NCBI GenBank assembly: GCA_030054115.1
Contig: JASGCL010000004.1
Coordinates: 106 to 64,105 of the forward strand
DNA from: Hydrotalea sp.
GTDB lineage: Bacteria; Pseudomonadota; Alphaproteobacteria; JASGCL01
Direction: 5' to 3'
Length of the DNA: 64,000 nucleotides
A program made the translations under genes and the position numbers. How positions within the stretch are numbered: the first letter of the stretch is position 1; each line of letters starts with the position of its first letter. Positions 39,863 to 49,141 of this stretch are shown here, one piece after another. The notes beneath the pieces were generated by a model, which saw only the letters and a list, made by a program, of their open reading frames with translations, was not told where the DNA came from and did not search any database.

Positions 39863-41275
39863 TTGGTGAAAGAATTGATAAAAAAATACCTGTTATCGCC
39901 ACTGGCGATTGCGCTTATCGGCGTTATCATTGCCTTTACCAATTTTGCCCACGATACATTTCGTTCGGCCAATAAAGATTGGTTTAAAGATTTTAACCTC
40001 GATTCTGAAATTCATATTTTGGGAAAAATTGTCGCCGATAGGTTTGATATACCGATAACCGGCAATCAAAATCTTTTTGCTTTCGATAGTCATGAAAAAA
40101 CCTATGATTATGATAAATTTTGGAAAAACAGGGATAGGGATAAAGTCGCGGTTTACGACGATTTGTTCGGCGGTGGAAAAATTGTTACCATGTCGCCGGC
40201 CGAGGCAAGACAACGAATTGTCATGAGCGGCAATTACACCTCGCAATTTGTGCTCCAGGGGAAAATCTATTCCTATCTTTTTAATAACCTTGGCATCACC
40301 GATATCAAGATATTTTACGCCATCAATAGCTTGCTGTTGGCGGTAATTATTGTGCTTCTGAGTTTTTTATTCTGGCGCGCGATTGATAAACCATTCGCCA
40401 TTATTTTTTACCTGTCGATGGTTTTTTCGCCCTGGGTGGTGGTGTTTGCCAAACATTTATATTGGACAACCTGGGCGATGTATTTGCCGGCGGTGTTCGG
40501 CCTGTTGTATTATTTGGAAAAACGTCATCCGTGGCGCGGCTGGCTGTGGTTGGCATTGTTGTTTTTATCTTTCACCTTGCGGTCATTGATGCTTTACGAA
40601 TTTATTTCGGCGGTGATTTTATTCGCCGGCGCGATATTTTTTATCGATATGTTCAAGGTCAAACCGCGTTACGGCCGCGCCGAATCGTTGGTTGGCTTCA
40701 TCACGATTTGCGGTCTTGGGGTGGCGGGGTTTTTGGTCGCGCTTTTTATTCACGCCGCGCAAAATTGGAACGGCAATGGGTTGATAGAAAACCTTATCGG
40801 CATTTACCAAGAGCATGTGGCAAGGAGGACATATGGCGGTAGCACGGGCATAGATACGCCGATTCATTTGATTGATGTTTTTAAAAGATACATGGGTTGG
40901 CATTCGTGGCCAGACACGCCAATGGAGCAAGTAACGAAATTATTTTATTTAAGTGGTGGTGTGTTATTTCGGTTATTGATGATAACCAGTATCTTGCAAT
41001 CGGTTTATTATTTTTATAAAAAAAATAAATACCGGTGGGAACGGGCAAGCATGTTGTTTATTTTTATGGCCACCGGTTTGTCGTGGATGATGCTGGCCAA
41101 AAACCATAGTTTTATACATAGCAACTTCGTTTTTATCCTATGGTATTTTGGCGCGGTAACGATATTATTTTATTTATTTTATAAATTATTTTCTGATATT
41201 GCTCCCGTTGCGATTAAAAAATCGGACAAAAAATTTGGCAAAAAATCCTGGCTGAAAACCATCAATCGCCCGTAG
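39863..41275 (+). CDS. Polytopic inner-membrane protein of 470 aa and unknown function, with lower GC than the backbone
   Basis: At least 10 hydrophobic helices are present. I recognise no family. It lies immediately downstream of tRNA-Leu. Confidence 0.6.
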   Translation: MVKELIKKYLLSPLAIALIGVIIAFTNFAHDTFRSANKDWFKDFNLDSEIHILGKIVADRFDIPITGNQNLFAFDSHEKTYDYDKFWKNRDRDKVAVYDDLFGGGKIVTMSPAEARQRIVMSGNYTSQFVLQGKIYSYLFNNLGITDIKIFYAINSLLLAVIIVLLSFLFWRAIDKPFAIIFYLSMVFSPWVVVFAKHLYWTTWAMYLPAVFGLLYYLEKRHPWRGWLWLALLFLSFTLRSLMLYEFISAVILFAGAIFFIDMFKVKPRYGRAESLVGFITICGLGVAGFLVALFIHAAQNWNGNGLIENLIGIYQEHVARRTYGGSTGIDTPIHLIDVFKRYMGWHSWPDTPMEQVTKLFYLSGGVLFRLLMITSILQSVYYFYKKNKYRWERASMLFIFMATGLSWMMLAKNHSFIHSNFVFILWYFGAVTILFYLFYKLFSDIAPVAIKKSDKKFGKKSWLKTINRP

Positions 41276-41424
41276 CCGTTGCCTAGCCTCGCAAAATCAA
41301 TCACCGCCATTGAAGTGGGTTTGCGAATCGGGCATAGGGTAATAGCAAAACCATCGGTAGCCATCGGTGCTTTGCCGTTGAATATATCGCCCTAACCTTA
41401 CCTATTTTTGCCACCATAATCATA

Positions 41425-42537
41425 ATGCCCAAAACGATTCTTACCATTACCCGGCCGGATGATTTCCACCTGCACCTGCGGCAAAATAACATGGCGCAGG
41501 GGGATGTGTTGGCCTCGGTCTTGCCATTTTCATCAGCGCAATTTGCCCGCGCCACCATCATGCCCAACCTGACGCCACCGGTTACCAACGGCGACATGGC
41601 GGTTGATTATAAAAAATCCATCGAACAAAATTTATCGACCAAAAATAACGCCGGTGACTTCACGCCGTTGATGACGCTTTATTTGCACCACGCCATGGAT
41701 GCGGAAAAAATTGCCGCCGATTACCACGCCAAAAAATTCTTCGCCATAAAATACTACCCGAAAGGGGCAACCACCAACAGCGACCAAGGCATCGGCGATA
41801 TCGAAACCATGACGCCGATATTGCAGATGATGGCGCGGGAGAACATCCCCCTGCTTATCCATGGTGAATATGTCGGCCGTGACAAAAACAATCGCGCGGT
41901 CGATATTTTTGACCGCGAGGCGATATTTATCGACACCATTTTATCATGGTTGTTGGAAAAATTTCCGGCATTGAAAATTTCGCTCGAACATATCACCACG
42001 CGCCGCGCGGTGGCGTTTTTAAAAAACGCCGGCAATAATCTGGGCGCGACCATTACCGCACATCATCTGTTGGTTAATCGCAATGACATGTTTCGCACCA
42101 AGCTTAACGGCGATTATAAGGCCGGCCTGAACCCGCACCATTATTGCCTGCCGGTGGCCAAGCGCGAGGAAGACCGCGAGGCCTTGCTCGATTTGGCGAC
42201 ATCGGGGTTTGCGCGGGTTTATGGCGGCACCGACAGCGCACCGCACCCCAAAAATGAAAAAGAAAGCCCCTGCGGTTGCGCCGGTGTTTTTTCCGCGCCG
42301 GTCGCGGTCGAATCCTACGCCATGGCATTCGACCAGGTAAAAAAATTATCCGCGCTCGAAAATTTTTTAAGCAACAATGGCGCGGCATTTTTTGGCCTGC
42401 CGAAAAACCAGGGCAAACTTGCGCTGGTCGAGGAAGATTGGCAAGTGGCAAAAGAGGTAAAAATCCTTAACGGCCCGCAGGTCATGGTGCCGTTCATGGC
42501 GGGCGAGGGTTTGGCGTGGAAGGCGATGATGCTGTAA
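41425..42537 (+). CDS. pyrC: Dihydroorotase (type II, E. coli-like)
   Basis: The sequence LTITRPDDFHLHLRQ ... is present and the overall length is 370 aa. Confidence 0.85.
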   Translation: MPKTILTITRPDDFHLHLRQNNMAQGDVLASVLPFSSAQFARATIMPNLTPPVTNGDMAVDYKKSIEQNLSTKNNAGDFTPLMTLYLHHAMDAEKIAADYHAKKFFAIKYYPKGATTNSDQGIGDIETMTPILQMMARENIPLLIHGEYVGRDKNNRAVDIFDREAIFIDTILSWLLEKFPALKISLEHITTRRAVAFLKNAGNNLGATITAHHLLVNRNDMFRTKLNGDYKAGLNPHHYCLPVAKREEDREALLDLATSGFARVYGGTDSAPHPKNEKESPCGCAGVFSAPVAVESYAMAFDQVKKLSALENFLSNNGAAFFGLPKNQGKLALVEEDWQVAKEVKILNGPQVMVPFMAGEGLAWKAMML

Positions 42538-42595
42538 AACCATGGGACGCCGCGCACCAACCATAAACCTTACCGCTCCGCCATTGCCGGCGGGC

Positions 42596-43480
42596 ATGGA
42601 AAAATTTTTGGCGGCGATTGAAACCACCGTGCGCCACGACGCGCCCGATTTGCTGGCGGCATTCTTGGTGCATAAGAAAGAGGCCGAGGCGGCACGGGCG
42701 TGGTTGGATAATGACCTGCAACAATTGCGGCGCGGCGCAAGGTTGTTGGAAATTGGTGCTGGTGTTTTTTTGCTGGCCTGCCAATTACAGGCCGAGGGCT
42801 TCCAGGTGGTGGCGGTCGAACCACTCGCCCCGGCCTATGGTAAAAACGCGACCTTGCAAAAAATTATTTTGGCCCATGCGAAAAAAAACAATATATCGCC
42901 GACGATTAAAAATTGTTTTATCGAAGATTACAAAGATAAAAAAGAAAAAGATTTTGATTTTGCCTATGCAATTAATGTGATGTTTCAGGTGCCGCTGGTG
43001 CCCGCGCTGGTTAATATCATTCGCCTGTTAAAACCGCTTGGCCGTTTTCATTTTATTTCCACCAATTACAGCTTCCCCTACGAGCCCGATTTTCATATCC
43101 CCAATTTGTTGTCAAAAAAATTAACCGAAAAGGTTTTTTATAAAAAAATATTTTTATCCAATGCCTTAATCCATAAGAAGGAGGTCAGCGATGCAAAAGA
43201 TTATTGGCAACGTTTAAATTGGATAAGCCCGCGCAAAATAAAAAAAATCCTCCACCAACAGCGCAAATCTGGCGCGTTGGCGCAAGCTTCGTTCGACCGC
43301 CAGCAAATTATAAAAAGCCTGTCGCGCGTTTTTTATGACCAAGAATTTGTGGCGCGCCATGGCCGATTGGTGGTCGGGGTTATTAAGTTGCTTTTTGTAA
43401 CCCGCGCGATGTTTCTTTTTTCTTACTTGCCTGCCTCGTGGCATCCTGTTATTGATTGCACCATTATCAAAAGGGCATGA
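42596..43480 (+). CDS. Class I SAM-dependent methyltransferase of unknown substrate
   Basis: Motif I LLEIGAGVF is followed by an acidic residue (VVAVE) at the expected distance. Confidence 0.55.
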   Translation: MEKFLAAIETTVRHDAPDLLAAFLVHKKEAEAARAWLDNDLQQLRRGARLLEIGAGVFLLACQLQAEGFQVVAVEPLAPAYGKNATLQKIILAHAKKNNISPTIKNCFIEDYKDKKEKDFDFAYAINVMFQVPLVPALVNIIRLLKPLGRFHFISTNYSFPYEPDFHIPNLLSKKLTEKVFYKKIFLSNALIHKKEVSDAKDYWQRLNWISPRKIKKILHQQRKSGALAQASFDRQQIIKSLSRVFYDQEFVARHGRLVVGVIKLLFVTRAMFLFSYLPASWHPVIDCTIIKRA

Positions 43481-43503
43481 AGCCACCGATAACATATCGT
43501 CAA

Positions 43504-45018
43504 ATGAAAAAGAAATTCACCATTTTATTGTCAACTGGTTTGCGTTGCAACCGCCTATTGGCCATGGTTGTTGTCGGGGCGGTGGCGATGTTGCCATCGG
43601 CCAGGTTGTTTGCCGATAATAAAAACCCGGCGGCCAGCCAAGCGGTAACAAAACAGCAGCAAAAAAAATCCTCGAAATCCACCGCGCAACCCGCGCCAAA
43701 AAACGATAGCACCACTGGCAACGTCGCCGCCCCATCAAGCACGCCCGCCAAACCGGCCGCAGGCGATAATGCCGCGCCATCGCCCAGCCAAGGCAGTGGC
43801 AATGATGCAAGCAAGGACGCAACCAAGGACGCAGGCAATGATGCCGCTAAGGATGCCGCCGGCTTCGCCGATTTTTTAAAAACCGTGGCGGTGCGTGCCA
43901 AAACCGAGGGCGTCCAGCCGGCGACGATTAACAATTATCTTTTAATATTAAAAAAACCCCTGGCCAGCAGTATCGCCAAGGATAGGGCGCAGGGCGAATT
44001 TATTTTGAGCTTCCGCACCTATTACAGCCGCACGGTCACGGCCGAGCGCATCGCCACCGCCAAGCAATATGCCATCAAATACGGCGATATATTCGACGCC
44101 GTGGAAAAAAAATACGGCGTGCCGCGCGAGGTTATTTTGGCTTTTTGGAGTTTGGAAAGCACGTTCGGCCAGAACATGGGCAGAACGCCGGCTATTTTAA
44201 GCTTAGCAACATTGGCTTACGAGGGGCGACGCCGCGAATTTTTTACCAGCGAATTAATCGCGGCGTTAAAAATTATCGACCAAAACCACTTCCAATCATT
44301 TTTTGTTAAAGCTGGTTTTTTAAGCTCCTGGGCCGGCGCACTGGGCCAGGTGCAATTCATGCCCTCGACCTATTTGAAATACGCGGTCGACGGCGACGGC
44401 AATGGCGTGCGCGACCTGTGGAACAACCCGGCCGATATTATTTTTTCGACCGCCAATTTTGTCTCGCAATTGGGTTGGAATGAGAAAGATTCCTGGGGGC
44501 AGGTGGTCACGGTGCCAAGCAATTTTCTCTACCGCGACATCAATGACAAAAACAAACGCTCGTTCCACTATTGGCGGTCGCTTGGTGTGCGCGACCTTAA
44601 TGGCAATTTGATAAGCGACCATTTTTTTTATCAGGGCACAATATTAGTGCCAATGTCGGCGCAGGGTCCGATTTTTTTGGTCGAGGATAATTTTTTTGTG
44701 ATTAAGAAATGGAACAACTCCAATTTCTTCGCCCTGTCGATTGGCTTGCTCGCCGATTCTATCGCCGGCAATGCCAGCGCGCAATTAACCATCAACCCCA
44801 ATATCCCCGATTGGCAAACCGATGATGTCATCGCCATGCAATATGCCTTGCAACAATTGGGGTTGTTGGATAAAAACAAAATGCCCGATGGCGTGATAGG
44901 GCCCGACACGCGCCAAGCGATTCAACAATACCAAGACAGCCATGGCATGGTGGCCGATGGTTACCCGAGCCGCGATTTTTTCACTGTGCTCCGCAACGAC
45001 GCCGCCCTGCAACCCTAA
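43504..45018 (+). CDS. mltB: Lytic murein transglycosylase (MltB family) with a C-terminal peptidoglycan-binding domain and an N-terminal low-complexity A/K/D-rich linker
   Basis: The MltB motif LAFWSLESTFGQNMG is present, along with a signal peptide and PG_binding_1-like DDVIAMQYALQQLGLL. Confidence 0.8.
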   Translation: MKKKFTILLSTGLRCNRLLAMVVVGAVAMLPSARLFADNKNPAASQAVTKQQQKKSSKSTAQPAPKNDSTTGNVAAPSSTPAKPAAGDNAAPSPSQGSGNDASKDATKDAGNDAAKDAAGFADFLKTVAVRAKTEGVQPATINNYLLILKKPLASSIAKDRAQGEFILSFRTYYSRTVTAERIATAKQYAIKYGDIFDAVEKKYGVPREVILAFWSLESTFGQNMGRTPAILSLATLAYEGRRREFFTSELIAALKIIDQNHFQSFFVKAGFLSSWAGALGQVQFMPSTYLKYAVDGDGNGVRDLWNNPADIIFSTANFVSQLGWNEKDSWGQVVTVPSNFLYRDINDKNKRSFHYWRSLGVRDLNGNLISDHFFYQGTILVPMSAQGPIFLVEDNFFVIKKWNNSNFFALSIGLLADSIAGNASAQLTINPNIPDWQTDDVIAMQYALQQLGLLDKNKMPDGVIGPDTRQAIQQYQDSHGMVADGYPSRDFFTVLRNDAALQP

Positions 45019-45040
45019 TATCATTTTTTAAAAACAAAAT

Positions 45041-46279
45041 ATGTCATCGGTTAAATCGGAATTCCTGCATCGCCTTACCAGCCGTGGTTTTTTGCACCAG
45101 GCAACCGACTTGGCGGGGTTAGATGATTTGTTGCAAAAAAATAAAAACCAAGTCGGTTATATTGGTTTTGACGCCACCGCCGATTCGTTGCATGTCGGGT
45201 CGTTGATAGCGATTATGATGTTGCGCCATTTGCAATTATCGGGCGGGCGGCCGTTGGTGTTGATGGGCGGCGGCACCAGCCTGGTCGGCGACCCATCGGG
45301 CAAGGACGAGGCGCGGCAAATCCTGACCCCCGAGGCCATCAACAACAACATCGTCGGCATCAAAAAAATTTTTTCCGCCTATATCGATTTTACCGCCGAC
45401 CGCGCCATGATGCTGAACAACGCCGATTGGTTGACCGATTTATCCTACATTGATATGTTGCGCGATATCGGCAAGCATTTTTCGGTGAATAAAATGTTGC
45501 AGATGGAATCGGTGCGTCTGCGGTTAAGCCGCGAACAGAACCTGTCGTTTTTGGAATTTAATTACATGGTTCTGCAATCTTATGATTTCATGGTGTTGAA
45601 TAAAAATCATGGTTGCCTGTTGCAAATGGGCGGTTCCGACCAATGGGGCAATATCGTCATGGGGATAGATTTGACCAGGCGGGTCAATGGGTCGGCGGTG
45701 TTCGGCCTGACCGCGCCATTGTTGACCACGGCGTCGGGCGCAAAAATGGGCAAAACCGCGGCCGGCGCGGTGTGGCTGAATAAGGAAAAATTATCGCCCT
45801 ATGATTTTTGGCAATTTTGGCGCAATGTCGAGGACGCCGATGTTGGCCGCTTCTTAAAACTTTTTACCGACCTGCCGCTTGACGATATTGCCAAGTTGGA
45901 AAAATTGCAGGGCGCGGAATTGAACGAGGCAAAAAAAACCCTGGCCGATGAGGTCACCAAATTATGCCATGGCGCGGACGCCCAGGCCCAGGCCGCCGCC
46001 ACCGCCGCCAATGTTTTTCAAGGCGCGGGGAGCGATGACAATTTGCCAAGCATCACCATCGGCGCGAAAACCGGCTTGCTGGACATTATCAAACAATTTG
46101 GCTTTGCCGATAGCAATTCGGAGGCACGACGTTTGGTCGAACAGGGCGGGGTAAAATTAAACGACGCGGCCGTTGCCGACCCATTTGCCAGCATCGACCA
46201 GGAATTTTTTGCCGGCAAACCACATATAAAATTGTCGGTGGGTAAAAAACGCCATGGCTTGATAAAATGGCAAAAATAA
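45041..46279 (+). CDS. tyrS: Tyrosine--tRNA ligase
   Basis: The HVGS (HIGH-class) motif, KMGKT (KMSKS) motif and a C-terminal S4-like domain are present. Confidence 0.9.
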   Translation: MSSVKSEFLHRLTSRGFLHQATDLAGLDDLLQKNKNQVGYIGFDATADSLHVGSLIAIMMLRHLQLSGGRPLVLMGGGTSLVGDPSGKDEARQILTPEAINNNIVGIKKIFSAYIDFTADRAMMLNNADWLTDLSYIDMLRDIGKHFSVNKMLQMESVRLRLSREQNLSFLEFNYMVLQSYDFMVLNKNHGCLLQMGGSDQWGNIVMGIDLTRRVNGSAVFGLTAPLLTTASGAKMGKTAAGAVWLNKEKLSPYDFWQFWRNVEDADVGRFLKLFTDLPLDDIAKLEKLQGAELNEAKKTLADEVTKLCHGADAQAQAAATAANVFQGAGSDDNLPSITIGAKTGLLDIIKQFGFADSNSEARRLVEQGGVKLNDAAVADPFASIDQEFFAGKPHIKLSVGKKRHGLIKWQK

Positions 46280-46324
46280 GCTATAATGGGTAACAATCAT
46301 TTCCCCCCCGTCCCCTGTGAATAA

Positions 46325-46957
46325 ATGACCGACGAAAAAAAAAATTCTAACATTTTTGTTGCGCCAAACGGCCGTCCCAGCAATCGCGGTGGCCAGGAAT
46401 CGGGCGTTGCCAGTGTAAAAAAGGGCGATGGCCAGGACGGCGACGAAGATTCCGGTCGCGAATTTATAACTTTGTTAAATGTTAGTTACGACACGCGGGA
46501 GGATCGCCTGACGCTGAAAATTGCGACCAACCAAGCGCGCGAATTTTGTTTTTGGATAACGCAACGGCTTTACAAAAAAATGGCCGACATGTTTGAAAAT
46601 ATCGAACGCCAGGTGTTGGTCAACCCCCGGGTGCCATTGGCCAAGCAGGACGAGGCACGGGCGTTTCAAAAAGAAAACACCCTGGCCAAGCAAAATTTTG
46701 ACGTTCATTACCCGAACAAGGAAGAATTGGTAAGGATATTTGGCGACCAACCATTGTTGGTGGATAAGGTCGAGGCGGTTTTCAACAACGAATTTGTGCA
46801 ATTCACCGTGTCATCGTCAGAGATGCAGGCCACCCTGCCGCTTCACCAGGAAACGGTCACGGCGTTGCGCCATTTGATGGATTCGGCGGCCGACCGTGGC
46901 GATTGGTTAAGCCTGGAAGAACAAAAAGAAAAAGTCGAACCGCGCATTTTAAATTAA
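46325..46957 (+). CDS. Hypothetical protein of 210 aa
   Basis: The ORF is long with backbone-like composition. I recognise no family. Confidence 0.5.
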   Translation: MTDEKKNSNIFVAPNGRPSNRGGQESGVASVKKGDGQDGDEDSGREFITLLNVSYDTREDRLTLKIATNQAREFCFWITQRLYKKMADMFENIERQVLVNPRVPLAKQDEARAFQKENTLAKQNFDVHYPNKEELVRIFGDQPLLVDKVEAVFNNEFVQFTVSSSEMQATLPLHQETVTALRHLMDSAADRGDWLSLEEQKEKVEPRILN

Positions 46958-46995
46958 GGGTATCGCATTTTCTGCGCAAGGATAAGTAAGTGCTT

Positions 46996-47685
46996 ATGTC
47001 GCCGATTAATCCAATTGCTTTGTTTTTATCATTAATTGGTGCTATTACGGGCTCGATAGCAATGGTGGGCTCATTTGCAAAGCCGTATGAAACAAAAATC
47101 TCTTTTACAATTTTTGAGCATGCAATTACTCAAAATTATATTATTTGGGTTATTTATTTTATAGTTATGCTATTTGTAGCTAGTATTTGTATTTGTTGGT
47201 ATAAAAAAATAAATCAAAAATATTTTATAAAAACATCGCTTGATGAGAGAGGTTTAAGCTTTGATAAATTGCAGAATCTGCAAAATGTTATTGATTGGTA
47301 TAAAAGCCCTTATGAAACTTATGGACAAGAAAACAGTGAACACATGCCAAAGTATGGCGCTACTTTATTAAGAAGAGACTATACGAACCAGCAAGACGCA
47401 GCACTTAATGTTTATAAAAATATAGTTAATTTTACAACAGATAGAAACAATAAAAAGAACTACAATAAAAATATTTATAAATATATTTCTGCCATTCAAG
47501 ATATTTTTTGCACCCGACCTATTGAAGTTGGCGACCCCGACAGCAAGAGACAAATAGATGCAAATACAACGAGCCAAGATACGGTTAGAAGGGCTTTTAT
47601 TGCTTTAAAGAATGAGGAGCATTTACAAGAAGCTGATAAAAAGTTTAAGGATTGCATTAATGAAATTAAGATTATTATCTCATAA
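46996..47685 (+). CDS. Hypothetical membrane-anchored protein (two N-terminal TM helices plus a soluble domain) with foreign composition, about 28% GC
   Basis: The composition shifts sharply to AT-rich and the protein is Asn/Lys/Ile-rich. It lies directly 5' of the tRNA at 47766. Confidence 0.6.
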   Translation: MSPINPIALFLSLIGAITGSIAMVGSFAKPYETKISFTIFEHAITQNYIIWVIYFIVMLFVASICICWYKKINQKYFIKTSLDERGLSFDKLQNLQNVIDWYKSPYETYGQENSEHMPKYGATLLRRDYTNQQDAALNVYKNIVNFTTDRNNKKNYNKNIYKYISAIQDIFCTRPIEVGDPDSKRQIDANTTSQDTVRRAFIALKNEEHLQEADKKFKDCINEIKIIIS

Positions 47686-47765
47686 AACAAGGATATTTAT
47701 AAAAATGTTATAACTTGACTTTTAACCCCGCCTTTCATAATAACAACCAACAGAAAAAATTCTTT

Positions 47766-47840
47766 GGCGGATTAGCTCAGCGGTAGAGCGCGGGAATCAT
47801 AATCCTAAGGTCGGGGGTTCAAATCCCTCATCCGCTACCA
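47766..47840 (+). tRNA. tRNA with anticodon CAT (elongator Met or lysidine-Ile2; G1-U72, so not an initiator)
   Basis: The D-arm is gctcagcggtagagc, the anticodon loop is auCATaa, and the T-arm ggttcaaatcc is followed by CCA. Confidence 0.8.
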
Positions 47841-47898
47841 ACAACGTGGAATTTTGCATCATTAATTTATGTTGCGATATGCTTGACGCATATCGCGG

Positions 47899-47928
47899 GT
47901 CGGGGGTTCAAATCCCTCATCCGCTACC
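47899..47928 (+). repeat. 30-nt direct duplicate of the tRNA 3' end (gtcgggggttcaaatccctcatccgctacca), 58 bp downstream of the intact tRNA
   Basis: It is an exact copy of tRNA positions 47811-47840. This is the classic att-site signature of integrase-mediated insertion at a tRNA. Confidence 0.8.
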
Positions 47929-47980
47929 AAGACTTCCGCTACGCGGGGAATCAGAGGCTACCGCAGTTGAGCAAAAGTGA

Positions 47981-48080
47981 GATAGTGTTTATCTGAAGCG
48001 GATGGCAGAATAAAAGGCGGGATAGGGCTTATCTGAAGCGTTAAGCGGATGGCAGAATAAAAGGCGGGATAGTTTTTATC
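47981..48080. repeat. Tandem repeat of a roughly 40-47-bp unit at about 2.2 copies (gatag-N4-ttatctgaagcg-[ttaagcg]-gatggcagaataaaaggcgg)
   Basis: This is read from the sequence. The second unit carries a 7-bp insertion. Confidence 0.7.
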
Positions 48081-48129
48081 TCTCACCCATTTATCCGCTA
48101 CGATTTATGCGTTTCCACTAAGGACAATT

Positions 48130-48200
48130 TGTTAGCCCTATCGCTTCGCTGTTTGAGGGCAAGATGCTACCGCCGTTGAGCAAAGGGGCGATAATGTTGC
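48130..48200. repeat. Copy of the GC-rich dispersed repeat family (ccctatcgcttcgctgtttgagggcaag…)
   Basis: It matches the reverse complement of 3018-3045 and resembles 2047-2075. Confidence 0.5.
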
Positions 48201-48259
48201 CCCATGCTTAATAAACCGCGATATAGATTTTATTGCCCGACTCGCCTATAAAAAAAACC

Positions 48260-49081
48260 ATGAAGATTATTGTCTTGGGGTCGGGCACGTCGTCGGGGGT
48301 GCCCAATCTTGCCTTTGGCTGGGGCGATTGCGACCCCCATAACCCAAAAAACAACCGCACCCGTTGTTCGCTGTATATTCAAAACGGCGATGATAAAATA
48401 TTAATCGACACCGGCCCCGACCTGCGCCATCAATTGTTGCGCGAACATATCACCGACATATCGGCGGTGTTATTCACCCACGACCACGCCGACCATTGCC
48501 ATGGCGTCGACGATTTACGCCCATTGATGTTGCAACGCGGCCAGGCGATTCCGGCATTTTTTACCCACGAATGTTTTGCCAAGATTTATAAAAAATTCGA
48601 CTATGTTTTTCCGCGCCAAAAAACCATGGCGCAAAATTCGCCCGCCGATAAGCCAGCAGGCGATATATCGATTTTTTACCCACCGCTGTTGTCGCCCAAT
48701 ATTATCGGTTACGGCAAAAAATTCATGGTCGGCAAAACGGAAATCATTGCCTTTCAACAACAACATGGGTTGGGCATTTCCACCGGTTTTCGCATCGGCG
48801 ATTTTGCCTACTCGACCGATGTATCGGGGCTGGACGATGCGGCCTTCGCCACCCTGGCCGGTGTGAAAACATGGGTGGTCGATGCCTTGCAAATAAAACC
48901 ACACGGCAGTCACAGCAACCTCGCCAACACCCTGTCTTGGGTGGCGCGGGTGCGGCCGGAACGTGCCTTCCTTACCCATTTAAGCATTTTCATGGACCAG
49001 GAAAAAATCACCGCGCAATGTGCCACCCTCGGCTTTCCCCATGTCATGCCGCTTTACGACGGGCAGGTTTTGGCATTATAA
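48260..49081 (+). CDS. MBL-fold metallo-hydrolase (PhnP/YhfI-like)
   Basis: The HxHxDH motif FTHDHADHCHG is present, after an N-terminal MKIIVLGSGTS. Confidence 0.7.
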   Translation: MKIIVLGSGTSSGVPNLAFGWGDCDPHNPKNNRTRCSLYIQNGDDKILIDTGPDLRHQLLREHITDISAVLFTHDHADHCHGVDDLRPLMLQRGQAIPAFFTHECFAKIYKKFDYVFPRQKTMAQNSPADKPAGDISIFYPPLLSPNIIGYGKKFMVGKTEIIAFQQQHGLGISTGFRIGDFAYSTDVSGLDDAAFATLAGVKTWVVDALQIKPHGSHSNLANTLSWVARVRPERAFLTHLSIFMDQEKITAQCATLGFPHVMPLYDGQVLAL

Positions 49082-49094
49082 TTTTTTTTTATAA

Positions 49095-49124
49095 TTGACT
49101 CGTTATTGCAATTTTTACTATAAT
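49095..49124 (+). promoter_or_regulatory. Sigma70-like promoter for ankyrin gene 1 (-35 TTGACT, 18-nt spacer, -10 TATAAT)
   Basis: The hexamers match consensus exactly. It is nearly identical to the promoter at 50021-50050. Confidence 0.5.
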
Positions 49125-49141
49125 TATTGCATAGCGAAGAA

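Noticed and set aside
47981-48080. CRISPR array
   Set aside because: There are only about 2 repeat units, the spacer-like portions are themselves repeated, and no cas genes are present. It is a simple tandem repeat.
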